Shown here in pieces: positions 47,339-60,127 of a stretch of 64,000 nucleotides of DNA. Source of the DNA: Octopus sinensis (Eukaryota). The translations under genes were made by a program, and so were the position numbers. Below the pieces are notes generated by a model. That model was not told the DNA's origin and made no database searches. It was given only the letters and a program-made list of their open reading frames with translations. Within the stretch, counting starts at the first letter, position 1; each line of letters begins with the position of its first letter. Location of the stretch: contig NC_043005.1 of assembly GCF_006345805.1 (NCBI RefSeq), positions 14,756,001 through 14,820,000 on the forward strand, given 5' to 3'.

Positions 47339-47699
47339 CTCCTGTCGACTGAATTTCACTTGAGGCTTTTGTAGAAGAGTCTTGCCCGAGGTGCTGTGGA
47401 TTTAGGACCACATGTTCAAGTTTAGCCATATGAACTTTTCACTGTTACGAAAATAAGGATGTAATACAGCATATTAACGTTTGTTGAAGCTTTACTAACA
47501 CGTCAACAGTAGCAGAATATTATAGATGTTTTTGATTTCTTTCCATAGTTAATATCGTTTACTTCTTGATGTAAAATGAAAACCAATAGCAACACTCCAG
47601 ATAATTATCAGATGCATAACAAGGACAATAGCTTTCAGAGATGTTGTTTCCTAAGACTGCCATTAAATACTATGTATTTGGACTTTTACAACCATTTAA

Positions 47700-48131
47700 C
47701 CCTTTAGTGTTCTGATTATTCTATCAAACATAATGCTTATGATTCACATTGATTTGAATTAATCATGGATTATCTCATATCTTCAAGATCTTGATGGTGT
47801 AATTACCTAATGTAGAAATAACATTGTAGGGTGGTTGTGAGAGCCTGGATCTGGTCAGTTTGAACATCATCATCATCATCATCATCATTTAGCGTCTGCT
47901 TTCCGCGCTACATGGGTTGGACGGTTCAACTGGGGTGTGTGAAGCCAGAAGGCTGCACCAGGCCCATCTGATCTGGCAGTGTTTTTCTACGGCTGGATGC
48001 CCTTCCTAACGCCCCACACCGTGAGTGTAGTAGGTGCTTTTTAGGTGGCCACCCGCACAGGTGCCGAGAGCTGGCAAACATAAACAGATTAAATATTTTG
48101 GCCGGATATGGCCAGTTTAAATACTAAAGAG
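47700..48131. mobile_element. piggyBac-type MITE interrupted by an RTE 3' UTR (~47866-48078, minus)
   Basis: TTAA|CCCTTTAGTG...CTAAAGAG|TTAA with an internal (CAT)n-tailed insert. Confidence 0.8.
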
Positions 48132-48293
48132 TTAAGCATCAAGGTTTGAAAAAAAAATCAATTTCAAAAGCATTATATATTATCTGGTTCTCTATAAACT
48201 TTTGATCCGCTTACAGTTCTCGAAATAATCAAGTAATTTCTACAAGTACTGCTTGTTAACATATTATTTTTATAGGCCCTTTTTTTGTTTCAG

Positions 48294-48495
48294 AATTGCA
48301 GCTCATTCACCTAGCACCATCAGCATGAAGCTTCCAGATACCCTTGAATGGTCTGGTTCCATTAAGTATTATACTCAAAAGACTGGCAATGTCAGCTGGA
48401 AGAGTTGAACCCTTGATCTCTAAAGAACACCAACATGTTTGGTGCTGTTATGTTATGTTGAGTACCAATAAGGTTTACCCACTATAACATTTTAG
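48294..48495 (+). CDS. USP37: USP37-like first coding exon (PH-like N-terminus; ATG 48325), with 4 in-frame stops as assembled
   Basis: MKLPDTLEWSGSIKYYTQKTGNVSWKS*TLDL*...GLPTITF* resembles the recalled human USP37 N-terminus (GITKWKEGS...GGIPRIFQL); tttcag acceptor, AG|gtaagt donor; phase 0 matches the next exon. Confidence 0.7.
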
Positions 48496-48866
48496 GTAAG
48501 TTATTTATTCTTCAAGTTACCTGAACAGATTGAATGAAATGCCACCATTCAAACGCTATTCAGGATCTCATTAACACCCTTTGTTACCACCTGTCTGAAA
48601 CCACTATCCCTGATTCTATGCGCAATTTCCTGTTTACCCAGCTATAACATTTAAGGTAAGTTATTTATTCTTCAAGTTACCTGAACAGATTGAATGAATG
48701 CCACCATTCAAAGCTTTCAGGATCTCATTAACACCCTTTTGTTACCAACCTGTCTGAAACCACTATCCCTGATTCTATGGCGCAAATTTCCTTGTTTTAA
48801 AAGTGATCTAACTTAAAACCGTTCATCAAAATTTCATGCTAATCTATGTTATAAAACATAGCTTAA

Positions 48867-49086
48867 CCCTTCCATTACTGTATTTATTTTGAGATGCTCT
48901 GTGTTTCTTTCAATTACTTTAAATATAACAAAGAATTTAGTAAAATAACTTAGTTATCATTCAGCTACTGTTAGTTGCATAAATTGTGACTAAGGTTTGG
49001 GGGAAGATTTTAATTCAGAACTTAAGGAAACAAGACATTTGTACTCAGAGCCAGAGCCGGTTTCAGCCGGGTTGGTAACGAAAGGG
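48867..49086. mobile_element. piggyBac-type MITE nested in a related, oppositely oriented MITE (~48575-49275)
   Basis: TTAA|CCCTT...AAGGG|TTAA; further copies at 49325-~49530, 51494-51713 and 54497-54716. Confidence 0.85.
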
Positions 49087-50422
49087 TTAATAATGTCAGT
49101 TATTTTCCTAATACAAAGTATTTAGTAAAATAACTTCACCATTATTAATCTATGTTTAGAGCATAAATTAACATAAAATTTTGCTGGTTTTAATTTAAAA
49201 TTAAAAAAAACTTTTTGTAAATTATTTGAGACAAAAGCAGTTTATTTTAACAGAAATATGGTTGCAAAAAAGTTAAAACAAAATCATACTCTCAGGCAAG
49301 GTACAAACATTATTATTGCTTTAACCCTTTAGTGTTCAGATTACTCTGTTAACTGTAATACTTTTTCACTCAAATTTGAATTAATCCTGGATTATCTTAC
49401 AGCTTGAGGTTTCAATGATGTGATTGTTTATTTTCAAGAATGACATTGTAGGTTAGGAGTGAGAGGCTAGATATCACCAGTTTGAATAAAAAACATGTAG
49501 AATTGTTGGGCCGGATTGGGCCGTTTAAATTTCACTAAACTTATAGTTTTATACATATTGCCACACACTTGTGGGGACTCCAAACCTTTAAAGGTTTATA
49601 ACATCTCTTTACACACATCTTTGTCATCTTCGTATAAGAATGTAGTCTCCTTAGTTAGAAATGATGCTTATGGGGAAAGACGTTATGGTGGGATGCAGTT
49701 TATATAAAACATTAATAACCAGTGGATTTATTGGTGATACAGTCAGTCATCCTGTTAACACCAACACTATTAGACTGTTCTATTAGCAAGATTTCTACCA
49801 GTGAGACAGCCTATATGTGGTTGCTTGAGTGAGTGCTTAGAAGTAGCAGCCAAAGTCCAAAAACCCTATCTTACTGTCAAAATTAAAAGGACACATTTGA
49901 TAGTGTTTATTGGGAAAAGGTAGACAGTCATTGCTGGATTGCCTTTGGTCATAGGTTACTTGTTTAGAATTAACCTGGAGGTAAAATCACAACCTTGGTT
50001 CTTTGTTACCCTTAGCAGAATTCAGGGCCATTCTATTGCAAATATCCAGACCATCCCCCATTTGTTTCTCATCCACATTTATTTAATTTTCCGAATTATG
50101 ATCAGCTGGGCTAAAATGGGGAGCGAGAGGGCTCGTCCCATTGTGAAAGCCATACATGGCCAAACAACTGGGTATTTGCGATAAATAAGTTTCTCTCGTT
50201 ACATGTACTTCAGAGTATTGGTTAAATTCCTCTTACAGAATCTTTTGCTGCAGTCTACCCTCATGTCATGCCTGATGAAGCAGAGCTATGATTGATGATC
50301 CCAATGTGACCATTAAAAAAAAAAGATATTTTCCCATAAATATAGTGGGTGGTTTAACGACTACATTTTTAAAATATCCTAAGTTGGTATTGTGTGATGT
50401 GAGGGTGATTTGACTGCTATTT

Positions 50423-50657
50423 CTTATTTCTTTATTGCCCACAAGGGGCTAAACTTAAAGGGGACAAACAAGGACAGACAAATGATTAAGTGGATTATAT
50501 TGACCCCAGTGCATAACTGGTACTTATTTAATTGACCCCCGAAAGGATGAAAGGCAAGTCGACCTTGGCGGAATTTGAACTCAGAACGTAAAGACAGATG
50601 AAATACCACTAAGCATTTCGTCCGGCATGCTAACGTTTGCCCCAGCTCGCTGCCTTT
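50423..50657 (-). mobile_element. Deu/Nin-like SINE
   Basis: Full head and core; further copies at 52160-52310 (+) and 58798-59030 (+). Confidence 0.85.
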
Positions 50658-52452
50658 GACTGCTATTCTAGCAATTTGGTCATGCTTATAAAGACTTCCT
50701 TAGTAGCAGGTTGGTATTTTATTCTTTATTCAAATAACTTTTTTTTATTTTAGCACAAGGTTAGCAATTTTGAGGGTAAAGGACAATTAAATTACATTGA
50801 CCCCTAGGTGAAAGAAGGGTAAAGTTGACTGGATTAATGTTAGTTAAATAATGAAACAAGCTGCTAAATTTACCAGCAATATTTCCACTGTGAAAATAGA
50901 GAAAAGTTAAGGGCCCACAAAAAGCCAGGTTTTCTAAGCCAATACCTTATAATTTAACTAGTGTTTGTTTTGTTACATTTAGCAAAAATTTATTTTCAGT
51001 ACATTTGATTTTTAGCATTTATCACTCAGACAAGATAGATAAAAAAAAAATATTTCTATTTACACCCACAAACTTTTTGGGTGATTAATTTTGGGTTGTA
51101 TGTAGAAAAACAAAATGTTTTAAATTCCATGAATCATTGAAGATAGTTGGGTATGAGGAGGAATTTTGTCTTTTTTCCAAAGATGTTTGTCTCTATTCAA
51201 TGTTCTACATGTAAAAGAATAGAGAGAGTTTGTGCATTATCTTTGAGGTGGAGTGAGATAGAGGTGATAAAAAGTGGGGGAGGGGGATATAATATGCAAA
51301 ATTGGGGGTTAAGAAAGCAACAGAGATGCTGTAAGTTCACCTTTAATTTAAAAATTATAAATGCTTACATATGTACATGCACATGAAATCTGTGCATACA
51401 TTAGTACACACATGTACAGATGTAAGTACGTAAATTATGTACTTACACATATACATGAAAATGTATGTATATAAATCATTGGGGTTCCGTTATCCCTTTT
51501 GTTACTGTATATATTTTGAGATGCTCTGTGTTTCTTTCAATTACTTTAAATATAACAAAGAATTTAGTAAAATAACTTAGTTATCATTCGGCTAGTGTTA
51601 GGAACATAAATTGTAACTAAGGTTTGGCGGAAGATTTTAATTCAAAGTTTATGAAAACAAGACATTTGTACTCAAAGCCAGAGCCGGTTTCAGCTGGGTT
51701 GGTAACGAAAGGGTTAATATCACATTCTGTTAAGGTGTGAAATGAATTTTTTTGTTCATAATTAAATTTCTCTGCCTGCAGGAAGAGAATTAGGCTGGTC
51801 TGTGTGTATATTTATGCATGTTTGAACTCTGCATTTTAGCCTATCCTCAGATGCAGTGACTGGATTTATTAATGCAATAAAAGAGTTTAGTGTAGGACTG
51901 ATAACTGAGCCCAAAACTTATTGGTAATGTGTTATGCATGATAGCATTTTATGTGCATACACACACATACATGTACATGCATGCACACACAGTGCCTTGT
52001 CTAAATATTATATTGACTTGAATGAATGGAAGTGGTTCATACAATGAAATAGTTCAAGGCTAAAATATTTCACTATCCTTAGGTTTTTAGTTTGTCACTA
52101 GTGTAAGTTTTTCATATCCATTTTACTGGGTTCAATACAGTGAGCACCACAAATACCTTATTGTTTCTTTTACGTTCTGAGTTTAAATTCCGCCGAAGTC
52201 GACTTTGCCTTTCATCCTTTCGGGGTCAATAAATTAAGTACCAGTTGCATACTGGGGTCGATCTGATCGACTGGCTCCCTCCCCCAAAATTTCGGGCCTT
52301 GTGCCTAGAGTAAAAAATGTCTTACTGTTTCTTCCAAATTTGACATAATGCATTAAGAAAACACTATTTTACATAACTCTTTGATTTGTCTTCTAATAAA
52401 TTTTTTTATTTTTTAAAATTAATTTAAAAACTTTTGCTTTTTATGTTTCTAG

Positions 52453-52609
52453 TTGATTCGGTCAAACATCAAACGATTAATTTTTAAGAAACGGCTTCTT
52501 CTGGAATTTGCTGATGGCCTTTTAGTGCATTTTAATCCGGATGATCATTTAATACCAAAAATCTCTGATTTCTTTGAAGAATATAACAAAAATAGCAATG
52601 CAGGGAAAA
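52453..52609 (+). CDS. USP37: USP37-like exon (LIRSNIKRLIFKKRLLLEFADG...NAGK)
   Basis: tttctag acceptor, A|gtaagc donor; resembles human LSHNIKNVVL; phase 0 in, 1 out. Confidence 0.85.
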
Positions 52610-53424
52610 GTAAGCATTTTTTTTTGTCTTCTGAATTGTATTTGGCATTTCAGTCAGTTGAGAGAGATGACACTTCTTGCTTGCAATGTCTCCTTCATAC
52701 TGTTTTTGCAGTTAATGTTATCTTTTTACCTTTTTTTTAAACTGATTTTGTCCAGAGGAAGGGGCTCTCCAAGAAGGGTTAGATTAACACAGTTAACATT
52801 TCACTTAAATGATTGCTAGTAAACAACCGCAAAAGATATACAGGAAGGGGATTTCAGAGGGTCAACATTTCAGTTTAGCGTGTTGAGTTTTCATAATTTT
52901 ATATTTGTTTTTCCTTACTTTCTTTAATTCACCAAGAATTTTCAGCACAATGTCTAGCCACGTGCTGGGCGTCTATGCAGCAATTGAATTTGCTAAATTT
53001 CACTTAAAAGGCATTAGTCAGCCTGAGGTTATAGAAAACCATTGCCTGTAGTGCCATGCAATAGGATCAAACCTGAGACCATATGGTTAGGAAGCAAGCA
53101 CTTTGACTGTACCAATATGGTGATACCTATTATGATTAAATTTTAAAGTAGACTTTGCAAAGACAAACATTCTAGTTAATAGGAGAAAAATCTAGAACTG
53201 TTGTTGTCTGGGAAATGTTTATATTCTATGTGCAAGAATAAGTATAGATAAGAATTCTGTACTGTGAAACTCGGTGTAAAATCTGGTTCTGTAAGAGGTG
53301 CATTAAGATTGCAACCAGGTTGATGGAAAGGGTTTTATGTATAGCAGATGCACAGGAGTACTTAGTATTTGAAAAGCACTCACAAATTATGTTCTTGAAT
53401 ATAAGATAATGTATCTCATTTCAT

Positions 53425-54020
53425 GTCAGTTTGCGACTTCGGTAGTTCTATTGGTCAGGTCGCTCTTGAGTGCTACTGGTAACATGTAACCCAGTACAAC
53501 CTGTCGCATGGTCAGGTCATTGGCGACTAAACTGGCGACCCCATCAAGCTTGCTTGGTGAGGAGGGTGATTGTTGGACTCCCTGTGGGACGAAAATAAGA
53601 CCCATCAAAGGGCGGTAGAACTACTGTGTGGTCAACGGCCAGTTTAACAAGTACATTGTCGCGGTGAATTGCCTGTGTGCTCTGTTGACCCGGAGAGCTA
53701 TGCTAGAGGGAGAGAAATCTTCAGGCAGGTCTTACCTGGCTAGACAGGTCGGAGGGTAGGAGACAGACAAAACCTTAATGGCAATAAATCAAAGCGTCAG
53801 CAGCAGGGCATGGACTTAGTTATTGGTAGGACCTAACAGATCTGATTCCTGGCTTTGAACTAGCAGAGGATCTTGAATACAAGACAATGGATGAGACCCT
53901 AATATTCCTAGTTAGATGGAAACTATGGGACCACATGGAGCAGCACCCTGTGACTCCTAATGTGCAACCGAAATCCCTGTTTGGGGTGTTCTATGGGACG
54001 ACCTGGATGAGAGATGAGTA
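53425..54020 (+). mobile_element. Probable RTE-clade LINE 5' UTR/ORF-start relic
   Basis: gagagctatgc...ggcaggtc...gacaggtcggagggtagg resembles RTE 5' UTR motifs; its reverse complement is partly shared with 58195-58240. Confidence 0.5.
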
Positions 54021-54069
54021 GTTCTTACATAAGAAACTTTTGTCCTCCAAAGACCATCTCTAAATAGCA

Positions 54070-54365
54070 ACAACCAATACCTGTGCAAGTGGCACATAAA
54101 AAGCACCATTTGAGCATGGCCATTATCAGTGGCACATAAAAGCCCCCACTACACTCTTGGAGTGGTTTGGCATTAGGAAGGGCATCCAGCTGTAGAAACT
54201 CTGCCAGATCGGTCTGGTGCAGCCATCTGGTTTGCCAGACCTCGGTCAAATGGTCCAACCCATGCTAGCATGGAAAGCGGATGTTAAACGATGATGATGA
54301 TTACCATAGTCAAACCGTCCAACCCATGCTAGCATGGAAAGCAGACGTTAAACGATGATGATGAA
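54070..54365 (+). mobile_element. RTE 3' UTR with a second tandem terminal segment
   Basis: Two successive gtcaaa...ccatgctagcatggaaagc...(GAT)n ends. Confidence 0.85.
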
Positions 54366-54921
54366 TACCGTACCAATAAGTAAATAAAAAAAGCTATGAT
54401 ACAAATTTCCTGTTTCAAAGTGATCTAAACTAAAACTTCCCACCAAAATTTCAAGTAAATTTATGTTCCAAACACCAAGTTAATAATAATTATTAACCCT
54501 TTCGTTACTGTATTTATTTTGAGATGCTCTTTGTTTCTCCCAATTATTTTAAATATAACAAAGAATTTAGTAAAATAACTTATTTATCATTTAGCTACTG
54601 TTAGGAACATAAATTGTGACTAAGGTTTGGTGGGAGATTTTAATTCAAAACTTATGAAAACAAGACATTTGTACTCAGATCCAGGGCCGGTTTCAGCCGG
54701 GTTGGTCACAAAAGGGTTAAATTCCTTATTCTTTTCAAAATTACTTGAAACAAAGTTTCCATATTTCAATAGAATTATGGTAATGAATTGGTTAACGAAA
54801 CAAGTGTTTTCAGTTAATTTTTCATAACTAAAAGGCTTGCTGAGATTTCCATCTGAAATATAACCAAGGTAAGTGTATATGCAACTGTATAGACAATTAA
54901 TGGTATTTCTATACATTTCAG

Positions 54922-55015
54922 CGCCAATCAACCGAGCAGAAGTTAGTGCTACTACTCCTTTATCGAACAAGACATTTAATGTCTCTGCTGAAAGGATGAC
55001 TCGCCAAGCTTACGG
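54922..55015 (+). CDS. USP37: USP37-like exon (TPINRAEVSATTPLSNKTFNVSAERMTRQAYG)
   Basis: catttcag acceptor, GG|gtaaat donor; phase 1 in, 2 out; bridges the flanking exons without stops. Confidence 0.75.
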
Positions 55016-55209
55016 GTAAATCTCATTTTTATCTGCTTCTCCTGAAATGTATATCATCACTTTCACATCCCTTTTCTATGTTTGCATGCATCAAGGAATC
55101 CATTGAGGCAAATTTCCTGCAGTTTGATGCTCTTCTTGTCAACAACGTTCACCAGTTTTGAAGCAAAATAATGTTGCTTCTATTTTCTCAAACATGAACA
55201 GCTCTGTTA

Positions 55210-55760
55210 CTCTTTTACTTGTTTCAGTCATTTGACTGCGGCCATGCTGGAGCACTGCATTTAGTCGAGCAAATCCAGGACTTGTTCTTTGTAAGCCTAG
55301 TACTTATTCTATCAGTCTCTTTTGTCGAACCGCTAAGTAACGGGGATGTAAACACACCAGCATCGGTTGTCAAGCGATGCTGGGGGGACAAACATACACA
55401 CACATTAGGGAGCTTGCTTCCTAGCTACATGGTTTCGGGTTCAGTCCCACTGCGTGGCACTTTGGATAGGTGTCTTCCACTATAGCCCCGAGCTGACCGG
55501 AGCTTTGCGATTGAATTCAGTAGGTGGAAGTTACTGCCATGTGTGTATGTGTGCGTATAGCTGCTCAGTGCCTCTCCGAAAGAGAGAGAGGGAATATATA
55601 TAGGACAGGCTTCTTTTAGTTTCTGTCTATCAAATCCACTCAAGGCTTTGGTCGACCCGAGGCTATAGTAGAAGACATTTGCCTAAGATGTCATGCAGTG
55701 GAACTGAACCTGGAACCATGTGGTTGGTAAGCAAGCTACTTACCACACAGCCACTCCTAC
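55210..55760 (-). mobile_element. CORE-like SINE with an inverted SINE head (~55405-55525, +) inserted in its microsatellite
   Basis: 3' half minus, head plus, head minus. Confidence 0.75.
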
Positions 55761-56169
55761 TGGCTTACGCTTATTTTCCGATCCCCATATACTGCATTAA
55801 TATTCCTCACACTTTCTGTTGCATTGTTACCTTTATTGAACTCATAAAGCAAAGTACGTTGAATATGCTCCTTTGTCGCTTCCATTGTAGCTTTGAAAAA
55901 AATAACGATTTAAATCGAACTACACTTTTAAAAATTTATGCCAAGAATAAGTACAAGGTAAAATTACTACTTGCTTTTATAGCAAGTTAATACTGGTAGT
56001 TTATCTCGTCTCCCTCCGACTTTTAGTTCATGCAATTGAAAAAAAATCGCATTATTTATGGGATGACCCAATACATAAATCAAATCAATGTAGATATAAA
56101 CAATGAACTTTTGTTCACCTCTAAAAATGAGTTGTTAAATTTTGAAATATTGATATTATTTGTTTGCAG

Positions 56170-56280
56170 TGGTAAAGAAAACTCAAAACTTGATAATACA
56201 TTGAAATCCAAAATGGTACGGAAGAAAGAAGTTAAGCAGTTTGAAGAAGGAACTAAAGAATCCCCCGTGTGTCTTTCAAA
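56170..56280 (+). CDS. USP37: USP37-like exon with KEN motif (GKENSKLDNTLKSKMVRKK...CLSK)
   Basis: tttgcag acceptor, AA|gtaaat donor; phase 2/2. Confidence 0.75.
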
Positions 56281-57551
56281 GTAAATAAATTTGTGGTTAT
56301 ACTTTGCATGAAATTGTTTGATTAAGAGATATTTTGATTTTTTAAAATAAATAATCATTATTAGGAATAACTTTTAAAAAAATTTTTTTTTATTTTTGCT
56401 AATTTCCTTTATTTTGGTTGGAGGAAAAGTAGCATATTCATAAGGTGGTAATAAAGGAAATGCAATTTTGAGAAATTTAAAAAATGAAAATCTAGAAAAG
56501 AAATCAATCTTGGAAACTACATAGACAAACTTGTATGTGACCCTAAGAAAACCATTGACTGCATGAAGCTATCTTGTCTAGGTATCATGTAAAGATAAGC
56601 ACAAAACCCTGTTATGAATAATCTCTCATTATTATGATCAGTGAACATGAGCATTATTGGACATTTGATCTGAAAGAAAGATTTAACAAGTCACTGACTG
56701 GTTCATTGTGATAAGTATTAACTATGAAATTAATGGATTCCTTGTTAGTTTTGAGTGTTTCAGTTATTCAGTTCATAGAACTACTTTACTCATTGTATTA
56801 GTTAAAGTGGTTGAGTATTCCACAGACATTTTATCTTTAATGTAACCTTCAGACAGACTCAATGCAACACTATTCTCAGGATGGATGAATCTTAGAATTA
56901 TATGTACAGTGCAACTTGTATTATAGTGCTACTAGCTGAGTATTGTATCTTGTAACAATAATGATGAGCTTCCACCCAATTTCCATGGACTCAATTTCAC
57001 TTAGAAAACCTGGATTAATCTAAGATGTAGATACTTGTTTAAAGTGCCATGCACTGAGATTGAACCAAAATAGTTGGCATATTTGGCCATGTTTGTGTTG
57101 GGAGAGAGAGAGAGAGTGGCACATGTATGTTGAATATCAAAATTGATTGGGATCCAATTTCAGGGCTCTACTTTCAATATATTTGTTACTTTCACTTTAC
57201 CATTCAGTAATTTTGATTGGCGGTTGGGGTGGTGGTGGTGGGGGGGAAACAGCAACTGTGGTGTAGTGCAGATGCACAGCCAGACAATGTAGTATTGTAG
57301 AATGGCTCCACAGCATAACAATTTCTTGTCTGTTATGTAGTATAGCACTCCAGCATAGCCACACAGTGTAGTGCTGTGGGTCAGGTTGACCTGTGGTCTA
57401 TCATTCATGAGGGAGATTTGGCTACTATTTCTTGAAGTTTGAGCAACAATTTAGAAGCTGTGTTAGATTCCATAGGTACTAATAATATACTGGGGTTGAT
57501 TCCATAAGGAATGCATCTTTTTTGTGATGATATTTTCTCAATATCCTTTAA

Positions 57552-58461
57552 CCCTTTTGTTACCATATTTCTGTTGAGATGCTCTGTGTTTCTTTCAATT
57601 GTTTTAAATATAACAAAGAATTTAGTAAAATAACTTGGTTATCATTAACCCTTTAGTGTTCAGATTACTCTGTTAAATGTAGTACTTTTTCACTCAAATT
57701 GTTTTGAATTAATCATGCATTATCTTCTAGCTTTGAGGTTTCAATGATGTGATTGTTTATTTTTAAAATGACATTGTAGGTTAGGTGTGAGAGGCTAGAT
57801 ATCGCCAGTTTGAATATAAAACATGTAGAATATCTGGGCCAGATATGGCCGGTTTAAACACTAAAGGGTTAAGCTAGGTGTTAGGAACATAAATTGTGGC
57901 TACGGTTTGGTGGAAGATTTTAATTCAAAACTTATGAAAACGAGACATTTGTACTACAGAAGGTGCGATATACGTGAGGAATATTTGAAGGATCTTGGGA
58001 ATAGGAAGTTCGCTAGCGGTCCCCAGCCGCAAGTATATCCCTGTTGGGAGAACGTCTTGTTTGCCGTAGATTTTCCGCAGACGCAGGGACAGGACGGGTT
58101 GAAGCCACCAGTTGCCGGATCAGACGCTTCTGTTCACCAGAGCCCCGTTAGCCGGGTGCTGCCCTGATACCGCTGGGTGTCAGAACAATCCGCCTTGGGT
58201 GGCCCTACCAGAAACCGTAGTCTCCGACAGCATAGCTCTGACACTCCCGTTTCGCCCCCTTACTACAATGAGGTGATATATAATTACACATTTATTGGAT
58301 GGCCGTTGACTCTCAAGAGTTCCTCTGCCCAATGTGAGAGATGCAGCATTGAGGATGAATGAAGCCAGCTCAACCCACCCCGGGTGAATGCTGTAAGAAG
58401 AAGAAGAAGAATTTGTACTACAGAGCCAGAGCCGCTTTCAGCCGGGTTGGTAACAAAAGGG
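57552..58461. mobile_element. piggyBac-type MITE containing two nested insertions
   Basis: Outer TTAA|CCC...GGG|TTAA; inner MITE 57649-57868 with duplicated TTAA; retroposon 57961-58410. Confidence 0.9.
57961..58410 (+). mobile_element. 5'-truncated retroposon with (AAG)n tail
   Basis: 14-bp target duplication atttgtactacaga (57947-57960, 58411-58424); GC-richer than its flanks; RTE-like UTR motif. Confidence 0.85.
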
Positions 58462-59992
58462 TTAAGATGATATTTTCTCAATATCCTTTAAAAAGAATGG
58501 AATGGGTGAGGATGTCAGATTTTATGTAAAGATGAAAAAATAGGTTATTAAAGATTCTTTTACTTTTTTTCCAGATCCCCAACTTCACCAACAACCAATG
58601 GGGATAACTTCCTTGCATGTGCAAATGAGAAAATGCAAAATATTTTATCTCTTGGAAAAAACAATTTCTATAACAAGAATAAATCTTCATGTGGAGCTAG
58701 TGTAAAACGAGTGCTGGGGTAACTGTCATTTTCTTTCTTCTTTATTTGGTTCATTGGAAATATTCAGTTTGGCATGGAATGCTCAGTTATAGATATTAAG
58801 GCGGCAAACTGGCAGAATCGTTAGCACGCCGGGCAAAATGCCTAGCAGTATTTCGTCTGTCGTTACGTTCTGAGTTCAAATTCCGCCGAGGTTGACTTTG
58901 CCTTTCATCCTTTCGGGGTCGATAAATAAAGTACCAGTTTTGCACTGGGGTCGATGTAATCGACTTTATTCCTTTGTCTGTCCTTGTTTGTCCCCTCTGT
59001 GTTTAGCCCCTTGTGGGTAGTAAAGAAATATATAGATATTATGATCATGAGTTCAAATCTTACTACTGCCATTGTGTTATGTGCCTGAGAAGACACCCAA
59101 TTCTGCTGACTTTCAGTAGAGTCCAGTCTGTTACAAACATTCAGTCTCCTTTTTGAGGATACTTTCCTAACCTCCTACAAGTTTTGGAAATCTGAAAAGT
59201 CATGGGCACTACCCTTCCGGCTTAATTAAACATCCATGATCTTTGTCAGGGATTTGGATAGATTGGAGGGAGGGAAGAGACTAGCCTCAGATGATGACAT
59301 GGCCTGGATGCTTGCATATTACACCATTTCAATGTGTCATTCTTTTGTAAGATGGTTGAGTGTGATTTGAAGGTGACTTAGGTGTTATTTCTTACAAGTT
59401 GAATGACCATGTAGAAATTATCTTGTTGACTTTTCAGTGCAGTGTTTGCTTGAGGGTTTTATGACTTGATGTCACTCAAGAATTCAATTTCAGCTGAGGT
59501 TGGCTTTGCCTCTCATTCTTAAGAGGTTAATAAAATAAGTACCAGTAGAACTCTGGACTGATGTAATCAACTAGCACACCATCAAAATTTCTGGCCTTGT
59601 CCCTTTAGTAGAAAAGGATTATTATTGTTGTCCTCAACTGCTGGAATTATAGAAGCTATATTTGTTTACTTTAGATAACAGTGCAAAAACAGTGTAGGGC
59701 TTTCTTTACAGCCACAGTAGCCTGAATCTTTTTTATTTTTTATTTTTAATTAAAACAAGCATTAATCAAGTATGTTTCTCATGAATACCAACCAAAACTG
59801 GAGAAATTTTCTGCCTGTTAAAATTCAGATGTTGGTTTAAAAAATTGTTTACCTGCCTATTTGTTTCTCTAATTAATTCAACAATTTTTTTCATATATTC
59901 AAGATGTTTAAGATAGATATTAACTTTAAAAAAAAAAGTGTTTACAATGGTATTACATTATATTATTGACTGACCATTCTTTTTCTCTGTAG

Positions 59993-60127
59993 GATGAAAA
60001 GATGTGAAACAACACCTGTTAAACGAGCACGGCTTTTGGTGGACTCGTCAACAAATTCTCAACCACAGAAGGTAGAAAGTCCTCCAGCACCAGCCATTTA
60101 CCCCTTGCCAAAACTTGCTTTAAGAGG
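59993..60127 (+). CDS. USP37: USP37-like exon (KMKRCETTPVKRARLL...LPKLALRG)
   Basis: ttttctctgtag acceptor, GG|gtaatt donor; phase 2/2; supplies the LRG preceding the Cys box. Confidence 0.82.

Noticed and set aside
54780-54868. Extra USP37 coding exon ending at the CAAG|gtaagt donor
   Set aside because: The candidate acceptors I tested all give stops in the required phase, and the frame is already complete using 54922-55015.
57961-58410. Horizontally acquired or bacterial GC-rich segment
   Set aside because: The TSD and simple-repeat tail identify it as a retroposon; its ORFs have no recognisable product.
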